Shown: one piece after another, positions 1 through 10,718 of the stretch
How the letters are laid out: each line of letters starts with the position of its first letter
Numbering within the stretch: the stretch's first letter is position 1
Assembly (NCBI RefSeq): GCF_011045215.1
Contig: NZ_CP049201.1
Strand: one strand, 5' to 3'
Source of the DNA: Escherichia coli
Lineage (GTDB): Bacteria; Pseudomonadota; Gammaproteobacteria; Enterobacterales; Enterobacteriaceae
DNA length: 64,000 nucleotides
Program-made: the position numbers and the translations under genes
The notes under the pieces: model-generated
Told to the model about the DNA's origin: nothing
What the model saw: the letters and a program-made list of their open reading frames with translations, nothing else
The model's database searches: none

Positions 1-254
1 CAACCGAAATTACCATCAGACCCACTGCATCTGCAAACTGAAGAATAACTTTTACATTCACGTTTTATTAAATAGGTCAGAAGGAAGATTTATATATCCC
101 TGTGTTTTTCATAGCAAGATGCATTATGTATTGCTCACCCCGAAGGAGATGAAGGTTTAATTACAGAAAGATTATTTTCACAGGAAGTAAACATGACTCA
201 TGTTTAATGCCTTTATATATAAAACTCATCCTCTCAATTGTCAGGAGAATTAGC

Positions 255-485
255 ATGAATACTATCTGTTCTTTAATTGTTGTGGTTACACTGTCTTTAT
301 TATCATTCAGTAGCGTCGCCAAAACGATTACTGCCGTCGGTTCAACCATTGACAGCACTGAAAAAGAAATTTCTTTACAGGCAGAAAAACAAGGGAAATC
401 ATATAAAATTCTGGGCGCGTTTTTTAAGAACAGAGTTTATATGATAGCAAAGTTAACACCAGTCAGTAAAAATGATGCTTCATAA
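255..485 (+). CDS. small secreted protein, candidate DUF1471 (YdgH/BhsA/McbA-like) family
   Basis: ORF with AGGAGA 8 nt upstream of the ATG at 255; N-terminal signal-peptide-like segment MNTICSLIVVVTLSLLSFSSVA followed by ITAVGSTIDS...EKQGKSYKIL, resembling YahO/RclB-type small periplasmic proteins. The ORF-track start at 207 looks too early. Confidence 0.4.
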   Translation: MNTICSLIVVVTLSLLSFSSVAKTITAVGSTIDSTEKEISLQAEKQGKSYKILGAFFKNRVYMIAKLTPVSKNDAS

Positions 486-789
486 GGCTCATGGTATAAT
501 TTTAAGACATGATCAAGAAGCACGTCTATTGATTCAAAATTATCATTATGATGGAAATGGAATGCCCGACAAATGACGCTACACCCACCTTCTGTACCAG
601 TCGTTCTGCTAATTCTACCGATGCTTCGGTCTGGAGTAGTAAAGTAATATTGGACACAGTTTTATTTTCTCTCTTTTTCGAGGGCTGTATATCAACAGGA
701 AGAATACATCCCTAAGCGGTTAATGCTGGCGTAATCAATAGACCAGCATTAATCACAGATGATTACCAATCAGACAGAAATGGTTAAAT

Positions 790-956
790 CGTCGAATTCA
801 TATTTAATACGTTTTCTTACGCCGCTGAACAGCTTGAAAAGGATGCATATTTTAAATATCAGTGAAATGAACAGTTTATTGCCGTTATTAATAGAAATGG
901 AGGGATAAATACGCGTATTCTACTGTTGCAACAAAAACAACGATATTGATCGGTTT
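790..956 (-). pseudogene. decayed relic: ykgO-like 3' end (790-840) fused to ykgR-like 3' fragment (840-956)
   Basis: 790-840 aligns with 19425-19477 (3' end of ykgO) at roughly 75-80% identity. 840-955 aligns with 20157-20272 at roughly 90%. Minus-strand codons 888-956 translate to KPINIVVFVATVEYAYLSLHFY*, matching the YkgR C-terminus, with no in-frame start (TGA at 957-959). Confidence 0.55.
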
Positions 957-1185
957 TCATAATGAAGTAACCTGACAGATATAAAAATGTTGATTGAGGC
1001 TAAATTCCCGGATGAAGGTTGTTGAGGGAGCCAGGTAGTTTTTTCTTTTGGGTGATCTCCATTGCTGGATAGTCCCCTTGTACAGATAAGTCCGCTCTTT
1101 CTCGCTCAAAGCGGCCCCTGGAATTGAACGCAGAGTGACTACCTGACACAATATTGCACAGTGAAGAGTCGGTCGTTGTTAACGT

Positions 1186-2070
1186 TCAGATTTTCAATGT
1201 ATCAATGACCATCCGCAGAGCGGGGGAGACGTTGCGATGAGGGTAATAGAGAAACAATCCCTCCAATCGCAGGCTGTAACGCTGCAACACTCTGATAAGC
1301 TTACCGTGTTCTAAATCATCCGCGACCAGTTCAACAGGAACATAGGCCAACCCGAGGCCCAGCCGGGCTGCTTCTGCTTCCATATAGCTGTCGGATAGGG
1401 CCCATTGCCCTTCAGGGCGATGAGTGATTTTTTTATCATCCTGATTGAGTTCCCACTGGTATACGCTGCCGTCGGCAAACTGATAGGCGATACAGGGATG
1501 CGCCTTTAAATCCGCCGGAGTTTGCGGAAAACCATAGCGACGAAAATGTTCCGGAGTCCCCACAATTGCCATCTCCATATCGGGCGTGATGCGTACCGCG
1601 ACCATACCCTGGCCGACTTCAGGCCCCAGGCGGACACCTGCATCGAATCTTTCCTCGATGATATCGACGAACCGGCTCTCATTTATCAGTTCAAGCCGGA
1701 TATCAGGATATCGCTGTTTAAATACCGCCAGCTTTGGCAGCAGGCATTTATCAATCGCATGCTGGCTGGCATTGATGCGCACCGTGCCGGAGGGCGTCTC
1801 TCGATAGTGCGCCAGCGTGGCAAGCCCAAGATCTAACATTTCAAATCCAGATGCCGTCTTCTGGTAGAGCTGCTCGCCTGCTTGCGTCAGAGACAGTTTA
1901 CGCGTGGTGCGCACCAGCAGCTGGACGCCCAGCCTTTCTTCAAGCTCGCGAACAGAACGGCTGACTCCTGACTGCGCAAGACCCAGCCGTTTAGCCGCTG
2001 CGGTAAAACTGCCTTCTTGCACCACCTGCATAAACAGGTACAGCTCGTTGTAGTTCTCCCTTTTCGCCAT
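1186..2070 (-). CDS. LysR-family transcriptional regulator
   Basis: 294 aa; N-terminal HTH (EGSFTAAAKRLGLAQSGVSRSVRELEERLGVQLLVRTTR) and LysR substrate-binding domain. Divergent from the hydrolase at 2236. Sits where K-12 has the yagP pseudogene (from memory). Confidence 0.85.
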   Translation of the reverse strand: MAKRENYNELYLFMQVVQEGSFTAAAKRLGLAQSGVSRSVRELEERLGVQLLVRTTRKLSLTQAGEQLYQKTASGFEMLDLGLATLAHYRETPSGTVRINASQHAIDKCLLPKLAVFKQRYPDIRLELINESRFVDIIEERFDAGVRLGPEVGQGMVAVRITPDMEMAIVGTPEHFRRYGFPQTPADLKAHPCIAYQFADGSVYQWELNQDDKKITHRPEGQWALSDSYMEAEAARLGLGLAYVPVELVADDLEHGKLIRVLQRYSLRLEGLFLYYPHRNVSPALRMVIDTLKI

Positions 2071-2235
2071 TGAAACATCCCCCCTTCATGCCGGCAATCT
2101 TCGCATTAATTTATAACAATATGGTATTAATCTTAGCATTAATCGCCCCCTAATCAGCACTAATTCTGCTCACTATAATGACCCCATCAAAGTAAAGCAC
2201 CGCAGCGTTGTCCGTCGGAAACCTGTATCTCTCTG

Positions 2236-3393
2236 TTGTTTTTTATGGGGATTTTTATGAAAGCCTTCACCCGAACGCTAAAAACCGCGATGCCGGCCAT
2301 GCTGCTTTTCGCATCATTAAGTGGAGTCACGACAATGAGTTATGCTGATTCAACCAATCCTAATGCCCCTGTGTCCATGACAGATAAATGGGATAAAACG
2401 TTCGCCGAGAGCCAGAAAGTCGATCATCGTAAAGTATCGTTCCCGAACCGATATGGCATCACCTTAGTGGGCGATCTTTACCTGCCTAAAGACCGTGGCG
2501 ATCGCAAGCTGGCGGCGATTGCGGTCAGTGGGCCATTTGGCGCGGTGAAAGAGCAATCCAGCGGCTTGTATGCGCAGACGCTGGCGGAACGAGGGTTTGT
2601 TACCCTGGCGTTCGATCCTTCTTACACCGGGGAAAGCGGCGGCTATCCGCGAAACGTCGCCTCACCGGATATCAACACTGAAGATTTCAGCGCGGCGGTG
2701 GATTTCTTAGGGCTGCAAAAAGAGGTAGATCGCAACCGTATCGGGCTGCTCGGTATTTGTGGCTGGGGTGGCATGGCGCTGAACGACGCGGCGATGGATA
2801 CCCGCGTTAAAGCGGTTGCTACCAGCGTGATGTATGACATGAGCCGGGCGATGGGCCATGGTGTGGGGGATGGCGAAGACCGTTATTCTACCGCCGACCG
2901 TCGTGCTGTTCTGCAATATCTGAATGAACAGCGCTGGAAGGATGCGCAGAGCGGAACGTTCGCTCACGGTGGTCATGATATTAATGTCGATAGCAACGGC
3001 AAGGTCAGTGCGGGCGAGCGCATTCTGCCAGAAACGCTGCCGGCAAATCCTCATCCGGTACTGAAAGAGTTCTTTGACTACTATCGCATGCCGCGCGGCT
3101 TCCACGAACGTTCCGTTAACTCTACCGGGGCGTGGACGGCAACGATGCCGCTGTCATTTATGAATATGCCGCTGTTGAGCTACGCCAGTGAAATAACCAT
3201 TCCGACGCTGATTGTGACCGGTGAGAAAGCACATTCACGCTATTTTGCTGAAGATGCTTACAAGGCGGTTGGCAGTAAAGACAAAGAGTTGGTGGTGGTA
3301 CCAGGAGCAAATCACGTGGACCTGTACGATAACGTGGCCGGAAAAATACCTTTCGCGAAGTTCGAACAATTTTTCCAGACCAAACTGAAATAA
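2236..3393 (+). CDS. secreted alpha/beta hydrolase, dienelactone-hydrolase-like with Cys at the nucleophile elbow
   Basis: 385 aa; signal-peptide-like N-terminus (…AMPAMLLFASLSGVTTMSYA|DS); motif LGICGWGG; paralogous to the 22157-23077 product. The true start may be the internal ATG at 2257. Confidence 0.75.
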   Translation: MFFMGIFMKAFTRTLKTAMPAMLLFASLSGVTTMSYADSTNPNAPVSMTDKWDKTFAESQKVDHRKVSFPNRYGITLVGDLYLPKDRGDRKLAAIAVSGPFGAVKEQSSGLYAQTLAERGFVTLAFDPSYTGESGGYPRNVASPDINTEDFSAAVDFLGLQKEVDRNRIGLLGICGWGGMALNDAAMDTRVKAVATSVMYDMSRAMGHGVGDGEDRYSTADRRAVLQYLNEQRWKDAQSGTFAHGGHDINVDSNGKVSAGERILPETLPANPHPVLKEFFDYYRMPRGFHERSVNSTGAWTATMPLSFMNMPLLSYASEITIPTLIVTGEKAHSRYFAEDAYKAVGSKDKELVVVPGANHVDLYDNVAGKIPFAKFEQFFQTKLK

Positions 3394-3468
3394 AACCTCT
3401 CCTGAATTGATGCAAAGCCACCGGTCTATGGCCGGTGGCTTTTATCCTGATCTTTGTGAAATTTCACT

Positions 3469-4662
3469 ATGTCGACACTAAGCCAAACACCATCACCTCA
3501 TCATCAGCACGCATACTGGGGCGGTATTTTTGCCATGACCCTGTGCGTGTTTGTGCTGATTGCTTCTGAATTTATGCCCGTCAGCCTGCTCACGCCGATT
3601 GCCCGTGACCTGGGCGTGACGGAGGGGCTGGCAGGGCGGGGGATTGCTATCTCCGGTGCGCTGGCGGTTCTGACCAGCCTGACGCTTTCAACGCTAGCTG
3701 GAAAGATGAATCGTAAGTTCCTGCTGCTGGGGATGACGGTTCTGATGGCCGTATCGGGGCTTATTATTGCGCTGGCTACCAGTTATCTGATGTATATGGT
3801 CGGTCGTGCGATGATTGGTGTGGCCATTGGCGGATTCTGGTCGATGTCAGCGGCAACGGCGATTCGTCTGGTGCCGCAGCATCAGGTCACGCGTGCGCTG
3901 GCGATTTTCAACGCCGGTAATGCGCTGGCGACGGTCGTGGCCGCGCCGCTGGGAAGCTATCTGGGGGCTACGGTCGGATGGCGAGGCGCTTTCTTGTGCC
4001 TTGTGCCCATGGCGGTTGTCGCCTTTATCTGGCAGTGCATTAGTCTGCCCAGCATGGATGCGAATAAAAGCCACACGTCATGTGGCGCGGTATTCCGCTT
4101 ATTTAGCCGCCGCATGGTTGTGCTCGGCATGATAGCTTGTGGCCTGTTTTTCATGGGGCAGTTTGCGCTATTCACCTATGTGCGCCCGTTTCTGGAGTCG
4201 GTGACACGGGTTAATTCCTTAGGCTTGTCGTTGATTTTGCTGATTATCGGCGTGGCCGGTTTTATTGGCACGCTGGTTGTTTCGACATTTCTCAACAGAA
4301 AATTCTACCCCACGCTGATGGCCATACCCGGACTGATGGCCGTCATTGCCATCGGTCTGATGCTTACCGGGCATCACGTCTGGACGGTCTCGCTGCTGTT
4401 AGGACTCTGGGGCATGCTGGCCACCGCCGCGCCAACCGGATGGTGGACATGGATTGCGCGTACGTTGCCTGACAACGCCGAAGCCGGAGGCGGGCTCATG
4501 GTCGCGGTGATTCAGCTCGCCATCGCCCTTGGATCAACGGCAGGAGGCATCGTGTTTGACCGCCTTGGCTGGCAGAGTACGTTTGCCATGAGTAGTGTGC
4601 TGCTCCTTTGCGCGGGCGTACTGACCTTTGTTACCGCACGCCAGAAGGCCGGTGCGCTTTAG
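3469..4662 (+). CDS. MFS-family transporter
   Basis: 397 aa, about 12 predicted hydrophobic spans, typical MFS length and glycine-rich helices. Confidence 0.8.
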   Translation: MSTLSQTPSPHHQHAYWGGIFAMTLCVFVLIASEFMPVSLLTPIARDLGVTEGLAGRGIAISGALAVLTSLTLSTLAGKMNRKFLLLGMTVLMAVSGLIIALATSYLMYMVGRAMIGVAIGGFWSMSAATAIRLVPQHQVTRALAIFNAGNALATVVAAPLGSYLGATVGWRGAFLCLVPMAVVAFIWQCISLPSMDANKSHTSCGAVFRLFSRRMVVLGMIACGLFFMGQFALFTYVRPFLESVTRVNSLGLSLILLIIGVAGFIGTLVVSTFLNRKFYPTLMAIPGLMAVIAIGLMLTGHHVWTVSLLLGLWGMLATAAPTGWWTWIARTLPDNAEAGGGLMVAVIQLAIALGSTAGGIVFDRLGWQSTFAMSSVLLLCAGVLTFVTARQKAGAL

Positions 4663-4840
4663 TCCGGCGAGGGCGCGCGTTGCTGAATAAGTTACACAAG
4701 GCGATGAGCACCCACTATGGGTAGGGCGCTCTTTTAAACGATTTAGGTGATTTTCTAAAACGGCTACTGCAGATTTTTCTCTTAATTTATGATATTTCCC
4801 CCGGAGGTGAGAAAGCGCTTCCCACGCCCGGCCGCAAGGA

Positions 4841-5797
4841 TCAGGACGACGGGGGCAGGTATGAATCCTCCTCCTGATGGAGACGTACAGAGGCGACTTC
4901 TGCCAGCACGGAGAGGGCCAGTGTATGCGCATCCCGGGCTTTGGGAAATATCCCGACGGGTGCCCGGATTTGCGCTGTCTCCTCCCTGGACCATCCCAGC
5001 TCGTGGAGCTTTTGCAGACGTAAAGTGTGGGTTCGATAGCTGCCCAATGCGCCGAGATAAAAGGGTTTTGCTTCTCGCGCGGCCTGCAACACTGGCAGCT
5101 CCCGGTTGAGATCATGGCACAGCAAAATGACCGCCGTATCGGTATCGATCTGAGCGCTGGCTGAGGCCGGAAAAAGATCGAAGATATGGCTGTCATAGCC
5201 TGTGGCTGCTGCAAGACTCGCGGCTGCCTGCGCCTCAAGAGAACGTCCGTAAATCATCAGCCTGACGCATGGCCTGAACCCCACCTCAAAGCCATTGAGA
5301 TTCCAGCCCGTTCGGGTTTGCGTGGGCAGGCACACCAACGATTGTGCTTGCGGATCGTAGCGCAGCCCCGCCGGTTTTCTCTGTTCCAGGCGGTTCAGCA
5401 CGGCGAGCAGAGGCTGTGCCGAGCGTAGTTTATGGAGCGTCAGCGTGATCCCACCGCCGCAGGGCAGAACGATGTCAAACCACGGCGAACCTTCGCCATA
5501 GCGAATTTCGCGATCGCAGCCTGAGCCCATCATCTCCAGCGCTTCAAAAGCGGCAGCGGCCTCCACGCAGCCGCCAGAGACAAAACCGCAGTAACGACCA
5601 TCTTCGCGCACCACCATCTGCGCCCCGAGCGGGCGCGCCGCGCCGCCGCGTATCTCCACCAGCGTCACCAGCACCGCTCCTTTACCGGACATTAGCGCCT
5701 CTACGGCGAAGCGCAGAATGGTCCGGTGGTCATCGGTGAGAAACGCCTGCTCTGGCTTATGCCAGTGTTCGTCTTTATCAAAAAGCGGGTATGACAT
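4841..5797 (-). CDS. paoD: molybdenum cofactor insertion chaperone (XdhC-like) for PaoABC
   Basis: 318 aa, XdhC/CoxI-family features, immediately downstream of paoC in the same orientation. Confidence 0.85.
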   Translation of the reverse strand: MSYPLFDKDEHWHKPEQAFLTDDHRTILRFAVEALMSGKGAVLVTLVEIRGGAARPLGAQMVVREDGRYCGFVSGGCVEAAAAFEALEMMGSGCDREIRYGEGSPWFDIVLPCGGGITLTLHKLRSAQPLLAVLNRLEQRKPAGLRYDPQAQSLVCLPTQTRTGWNLNGFEVGFRPCVRLMIYGRSLEAQAAASLAAATGYDSHIFDLFPASASAQIDTDTAVILLCHDLNRELPVLQAAREAKPFYLGALGSYRTHTLRLQKLHELGWSREETAQIRAPVGIFPKARDAHTLALSVLAEVASVRLHQEEDSYLPPSS

Positions 5798-5806
5798 TGT
5801 TCCTCC

Positions 5807-8005
5807 TTAAACCACATCCGGCAGCTTATCGAGCAGCTTATCCAGAGTGATGGGATAATCGCGTACCCGAATACCGGTGGCGTTATACACCGCGTTGGCG
5901 ATAGCCGCGCTCACGCCGCACAGGCCCAGCTCACCGACACCTTTGGCCTTCATCGGGGAGGATATGGGGTCGGTATCATCCAGGAAAATCACTTCCTGTT
6001 TTGGGATATCCGCATGGACCGGCACCTCATACCCCGCCATATCGTGATTAACGAAGTAACCCAAACGGTCATCCACCGCCAGCTCCTCCATCAGTGCCGC
6101 GCCCATGCCCATAGTCATTGCGCCAATGACCTGGCTGCGTGCAGTTTTCGGATTCAGGATGCGTCCTGCAGCACACACAGCGAGCATACGCCGGACCCGA
6201 ACTTCTCCCGTCGCTCTATGCACGCCGACCTCCACAAAATGCCCGGCAAAGGTCGACTGCTGGTACTCCTTGCTCAGTGTTCCGAATTCAATGCTCTCTT
6301 CCGCTGTCAGTCTGCCGCCTGCGGTGGCCTCATGTAGCATGGCGCTTCGGGTACCGTTGGTAATCTTGCCGTCGGCAAACTGCGACTGCTCAGGATCAAA
6401 CCCGACTGCCGAGGCAATCATTTCGCGAAGCTTCACACAGGCGGCGTAAACGCCGGAGGTGGAGGTATTCGCGCCCCATTGTCCACCAGAACCCGCAGAA
6501 ACCGGGAAACTGGAATCGCCGAGGTGAACCGCAACCTGCTCCAGCGGTACGCCAAGCATTTCCGCTGCCGTCTGGGCCAGAATGGTGTAGCTGCCGGTGC
6601 CAATGTCGGTCATGTCCGTTTCCACGGTAACGGTGCCGTTTGGTTCGAGGTGAACCCGAGCCCCCGATTTTTCCAGCAGATTATTGCGAAAGCCCGCCGC
6701 GACGCCGTGGCCGACTAGCCACTCTCCGTCGCGTACCTGTCCGGGTGTGGCGTTGCGCTGCTTCCAGCCAAATTTATCCGCTCCGGTGCGCAAGCACTCG
6801 ATAAGCTGACGGCGAGAGAAGCGGCGCGTCGGGTCGGCGGGGTCAACCTGAGTGTCATTCAGGATGCGAAACTCGACGGGATCGATGCCCGCTTTTTCCG
6901 CCAGTTCGTCGATCGCGATTTCGAGCGCCATCAGACCGGGGGCTTCGCCGGGCGCACGCATGGCGTTCCCTTCTGGCAAATCAAGCGTGGCGAGCCGCAG
7001 GCCGGTATGACGGTTTGCCCCGGCGTAGAGTAATTCGCTTTGCTGTACCGCCGTTTCCGGCGTGCCGCCGGGCAGGTTTCCGGACCAGCTTTCATGTGAG
7101 ATAGCGGTGATTTTCCCGCTCTGGTCGGCACCGATACGCAAGTGCTGAAGGGTGGCGGGGCGGTGCGTGGTGTTATTGGGAATAGAGGGGCGGGGGAGCA
7201 TCACTTTAACCGGACGTTTCACCGCTCGGGCGGCGAGGGCCGCCAGCAGCGCATCGCTTCTCAGGAACAGCTTGCCGCCAAACCCTCCGCCGATATACGG
7301 GGAGATAATACGCACATTCTCCACGGGCACTTTTAGCGTTTTTGCCAGATCGGTGCGGCACCAGTCAATCATCTGATTTGAGGTCCAGAGAGTAAGCTTA
7401 TTTCCATCCCAGACGGCCATCGAGGCATGCGGCTCCATCGCCATATGGCTCTGGTCCGGGGTCGTGTAGGTAGCATCAATCTTCACCGCAGCGGAGGTGA
7501 AAGCCCCGTCAAAGTCACCGACGTTTTTGTCGGGCGTGTCTTCCGGCGGCTGACTGACGGCCTGTTTTTCGTCCGCCAGGGAGTAAGCTCCTTTATTACG
7601 GCGATAGTGCGCCTGCACCAGCGAGGCCGCCGCTCGCGCCTGTTCGAAGGTCTCGGCCACTACCAGCGCAATGGCCTGATGATAGTGCTCAATAGTGGGA
7701 CCGCCTAACAGCCTGGCGGTGTTTTTGTCGCCTTTGCCGAGTGCCCCGGCGTTACTGGCGGTAATGACAGCCAGTACGCCCGGCGCTTTTTGCGCGGCGT
7801 CCGTATCAAGGGCGGTGAGGCGTCCTTTGGCAATGGCGGAACCGACGATATAGCCATAGGCGGCGTTGGGGGATTCTTCATGCCATTCGTAGGCGTAGCG
7901 TGCCGTGCCGGTAGTTTTCAGCGGTCCGTCGATGCGGTCATAGGGACGACCGACAACCTTCAGCTGATCGATCGGGTTTTCCCCTGCGGGTTTATCAAAT
8001 TTCAT
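5807..8005 (-). CDS. paoC: periplasmic aldehyde oxidoreductase, molybdopterin-binding large subunit
   Basis: 732 aa xanthine-dehydrogenase-family molybdopterin subunit; 4-nt overlap with paoB. Confidence 0.9.
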   Translation of the reverse strand: MKFDKPAGENPIDQLKVVGRPYDRIDGPLKTTGTARYAYEWHEESPNAAYGYIVGSAIAKGRLTALDTDAAQKAPGVLAVITASNAGALGKGDKNTARLLGGPTIEHYHQAIALVVAETFEQARAAASLVQAHYRRNKGAYSLADEKQAVSQPPEDTPDKNVGDFDGAFTSAAVKIDATYTTPDQSHMAMEPHASMAVWDGNKLTLWTSNQMIDWCRTDLAKTLKVPVENVRIISPYIGGGFGGKLFLRSDALLAALAARAVKRPVKVMLPRPSIPNNTTHRPATLQHLRIGADQSGKITAISHESWSGNLPGGTPETAVQQSELLYAGANRHTGLRLATLDLPEGNAMRAPGEAPGLMALEIAIDELAEKAGIDPVEFRILNDTQVDPADPTRRFSRRQLIECLRTGADKFGWKQRNATPGQVRDGEWLVGHGVAAGFRNNLLEKSGARVHLEPNGTVTVETDMTDIGTGSYTILAQTAAEMLGVPLEQVAVHLGDSSFPVSAGSGGQWGANTSTSGVYAACVKLREMIASAVGFDPEQSQFADGKITNGTRSAMLHEATAGGRLTAEESIEFGTLSKEYQQSTFAGHFVEVGVHRATGEVRVRRMLAVCAAGRILNPKTARSQVIGAMTMGMGAALMEELAVDDRLGYFVNHDMAGYEVPVHADIPKQEVIFLDDTDPISSPMKAKGVGELGLCGVSAAIANAVYNATGIRVRDYPITLDKLLDKLPDVV

Positions 8006-8958
8006 GCTTGTGCCCTCGCTTCAGCCAGTACGGAGGCAAGCGTTCGCTTCGCCAACAGGAGTTTAAAGGTGTTTTCAGCGGTGGGATGGGCGCTGGCGAA
8101 CAGCGCGTCATATACGGCCTGCGCCCCCTGGGATAGCTGAGCATCCGCAGCCTCAATGCGCCAGGGCTTATGTGCTACTCCGCCCAGCGCGACGCGCCCG
8201 CTGCCGTCAGGCTGAATAATCGCCGCGACCGATACCAGGGCAAAGGCGTAGGAGGCGCGATCGCGCACCTTACGGTAGATATGTTTTCCGCCGAGCGGCG
8301 GAGGTAACGTCACCGCAATGATAAGCTCACCGGGAAGCAGGGCGGTTTCAATGTGCGGCGTTTTCCCCGGTGGGTGATAAAAATCAGCCAGTGTGATACT
8401 GCGAGTCTTTCCCTCCGGCGTGATGGTTTCCACCACCGCATCCAGCAACCGCATTGCGACCGCCATATCGCTCGGATGGGTGGCAATGCAGGCTTCGCTT
8501 ACGCCTACCACCGCGTGCTGACGGCTAAAGCCTTCAAGCGCCGCGCAGCCGCTCCCGGGCAGGCGCTTATTGCAGGGCTGATTGGTGTCGTAAAAATAGG
8601 GGCAGCGCGTGCGCTGGAGCAGATTACCTGCGGTGGTTGCCTGATTGCGTAACTGACCAGACGCGCCAGCGAGCAGGGCGCGGGAGAGTACCGCGTAATC
8701 ACGACGCACGCGCTCGTGAGCCGCCAGGTCGGTGTTCCGTACCAGTGCGCCGATGCGCAGCCCACCCGCGTCGGTCACTTCGATCTTATCGAGCCCGAGG
8801 CCGTTCACATCGATAAGGTGGGTGGGCGTTTCAATTTCCAGCTTCATCAGGTCCAGCAGATTGGTCCCGCCCGCGATAAATTTTGCGCCGGGTACGCGCT
8901 GAGCGCTAAGTGCCGCCTCGGCTGGGGTGTTCACTCGTTCATAGGTAAACGCCTTCAT
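8002..8958 (-). CDS. paoB: periplasmic aldehyde oxidoreductase, FAD-binding subunit
   Basis: 318 aa CO-dehydrogenase flavoprotein-like; overlaps paoA stop and paoC start by 4 nt, suggesting translational coupling. Confidence 0.9.
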   Translation of the reverse strand: MKAFTYERVNTPAEAALSAQRVPGAKFIAGGTNLLDLMKLEIETPTHLIDVNGLGLDKIEVTDAGGLRIGALVRNTDLAAHERVRRDYAVLSRALLAGASGQLRNQATTAGNLLQRTRCPYFYDTNQPCNKRLPGSGCAALEGFSRQHAVVGVSEACIATHPSDMAVAMRLLDAVVETITPEGKTRSITLADFYHPPGKTPHIETALLPGELIIAVTLPPPLGGKHIYRKVRDRASYAFALVSVAAIIQPDGSGRVALGGVAHKPWRIEAADAQLSQGAQAVYDALFASAHPTAENTFKLLLAKRTLASVLAEARAQA

Positions 8959-9644
8959 GATTTTATCTCCCCCGCAGCGTCTTCAATGGCGGCAAGGATG
9001 TTAGCGTATGCACCACAGCGACAGATGTTGCCGCTCATACGTTCACGGATCTCATCGGCAGTTGTTTCTGGAGGGGAAACCAAATCGACCGTGACGTGAC
9101 TGGGAATGCCGTCCTGAATCTCTTTTAGCACCGCTACTGATGAGCAAATTTGCCCGGAAGTGCAGTAGCCGCACTGGAAGCCATCATGCTTGATAAAGGC
9201 CGCCTGCATGGGGTGAAGATTATCTGGTGAACCCAGGCCTTCAATGGTGGTGATCTCGGCCCCCTGATGCATGACTGCCAGCGTCAGGCAGGCATTAAGC
9301 CTGCGACCATTGACCAGCACGGTACAGGCTCCGCACTGTCCGTGATCGCAACCTTTCTTGGTACCGATCAGATGCAGATTTTCACGCAAAGCGTCCAGTA
9401 GCGTGGTTCGGGTATCCACCTCAAGCTGCTCGGTTTTGCCGTTCACCTTAAGTGTCAGGGGCATTATCTCTGGCGCGGGTGTAGCTGCCGGAACGCTTGC
9501 CGCAAGCGTAGAATGAGGATAAACCACGGCGGTCGCCGCCGTTGCGGCGCTCACTTTAATCAGATCGCGACGGGTCAAACTAAAATCGTGCGGCTCGTGC
9601 TTCCCAACCCGATTATCTTCGGGGTATTCGCCTTGGTTGCTCAT
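8955..9644 (-). CDS. paoA: periplasmic aldehyde oxidoreductase, 2Fe-2S subunit with Tat signal
   Basis: 229 aa; twin-arginine motif [19 protein letters not shown]; two 2Fe-2S cysteine clusters (CDHGQCGAC and CGYCTSGQ...CRCG). Confidence 0.9.
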   Translation of the reverse strand: MSNQGEYPEDNRVGKHEPHDFSLTRRDLIKVSAATAATAVVYPHSTLAASVPAATPAPEIMPLTLKVNGKTEQLEVDTRTTLLDALRENLHLIGTKKGCDHGQCGACTVLVNGRRLNACLTLAVMHQGAEITTIEGLGSPDNLHPMQAAFIKHDGFQCGYCTSGQICSSVAVLKEIQDGIPSHVTVDLVSPPETTADEIRERMSGNICRCGAYANILAAIEDAAGEIKS

Positions 9645-10060
9645 ACCAGGCCTCCGGTATTCTAAAGGGGAAAATAAGAGTGCGTTGTGAGAGTGCTGAT
9701 GCTTTTTTAAACGTTAAGCATAGTCGGCGACAGCAGGAGGATTATTCTTAAAACGCGAATGCAGCTATGAGCCCGGCTAATAAATTCATGTTCGCCGGGA
9801 TGTTGATGAGGATGGGAGCTGGTTTATTGCTTTAGTTGTACGATGCAAAACCGATAAGGAAACCTGTGATTGTCAGCTCTGCATCACCCTGCAAATCTTT
9901 GTCACTTCTAATATAAAAATATGGAGAAATGATGGTGCTTATATTCATTGGCGATTAGGCAACCATCATTTTATACAAAACAATACAGTTCTTTACATTT
10001 GCCTTGTTTTATGAATACTCCTAAAGAGGTGTATAACATAATGGTACAAGCAGGGTAGAT

Positions 10061-10675
10061 ATGAATATATTTGAACAAACTCCTCCGAACCGCAGACGTT
10101 ATGGTCTTGCTGCATTCATTGGGCTGATTGCTGGCGTTGTTTCCGCATTTGTGAAGTGGGGGGCTGAAGTTCCATTGCCGCCACGTAGCCCGGTGGATAT
10201 GTTTAATGCAGCGTGTGGCCCGGAATCATTAATCAGGGCTGCTGGGCAAATTGATTGCTCGCGTAATTTTCTCAATCCTCCGTATATTTTTCTTCGAGAC
10301 TGGCTGGGGCTGACAGATCCCAATGCGGCTGTTTATACCTTTGCCGGGCATGTCTTTAACTGGGTTGGTGTTACGCACATTATCTTTTCGATAGTGTTTG
10401 CTGTCGGTTATTGTGTGGTCGCTGAAGTATTTCCAAAAATTAAACTCTGGCAGGGCTTACTGGCAGGTGCTTTAGCCCAACTTTTTGTTCATATGATTTC
10501 ATTCCCTCTCATGGGACTGACACCACCTCTGTTTGATCTCCCGTGGTATGAGAATGTTTCTGAAATTTTTGGACATTTAGTCTGGTTCTGGTCCATTGAA
10601 ATTATTCGCAGAGATTTACGAAACAGAATTACTCATGAGCCAGACCCTGAGATCCCTTTAGGCTCAAACAGATAA
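10061..10675 (+). CDS. yagU: inner membrane protein YagU (DUF1440)
   Basis: 204 aa multi-pass membrane protein, matches YagU by position and sequence. Confidence 0.85.
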
Positions 10676-10689
10676 TGCATTGAATGATA

Positions 10690-10718
10690 AAAATGGCGCA
10701 AATACAGCGCCATTTTTA
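10690..10718 (+). terminator. intrinsic terminator after yagU
   Basis: Stem AAAATGGCGC / GCGCCATTTT with loop AAATACA, followed by a T-run, 15 nt after the yagU stop. Confidence 0.55.

Noticed and set aside
207-485. 92-aa version of the small secreted ORF starting at 207
   Set aside because: The internal ATG at 255 has a good Shine-Dalgarno sequence and places the hydrophobic signal sequence at the N-terminus; the upstream extension has no such support.
718-752. Inverted repeat TTAATGCTGG…CCAGCATTAA upstream of the relic
   Set aside because: No adjacent gene or U-tract gives it a functional context; it could be chance in AT-rich DNA.
1522-1836. 104-aa and 73-aa plus-strand ORFs inside the LysR gene
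   Set aside because: They are antisense to a well-supported LysR coding region and have no recognisable features. The same reasoning applies to the many other antisense ORFs in the track, for example 2707-3105, 6014-6449, 53425-54021 and 54834-55328.
9767-9835. 22-codon ORF (MSPANKFMFAGMLMRMGAGLLL) in the paoA-yagU divergent intergenic region
   Set aside because: No clear ribosome-binding site or conservation evidence is available from the sequence alone; it may be a leader peptide but is unsupported.
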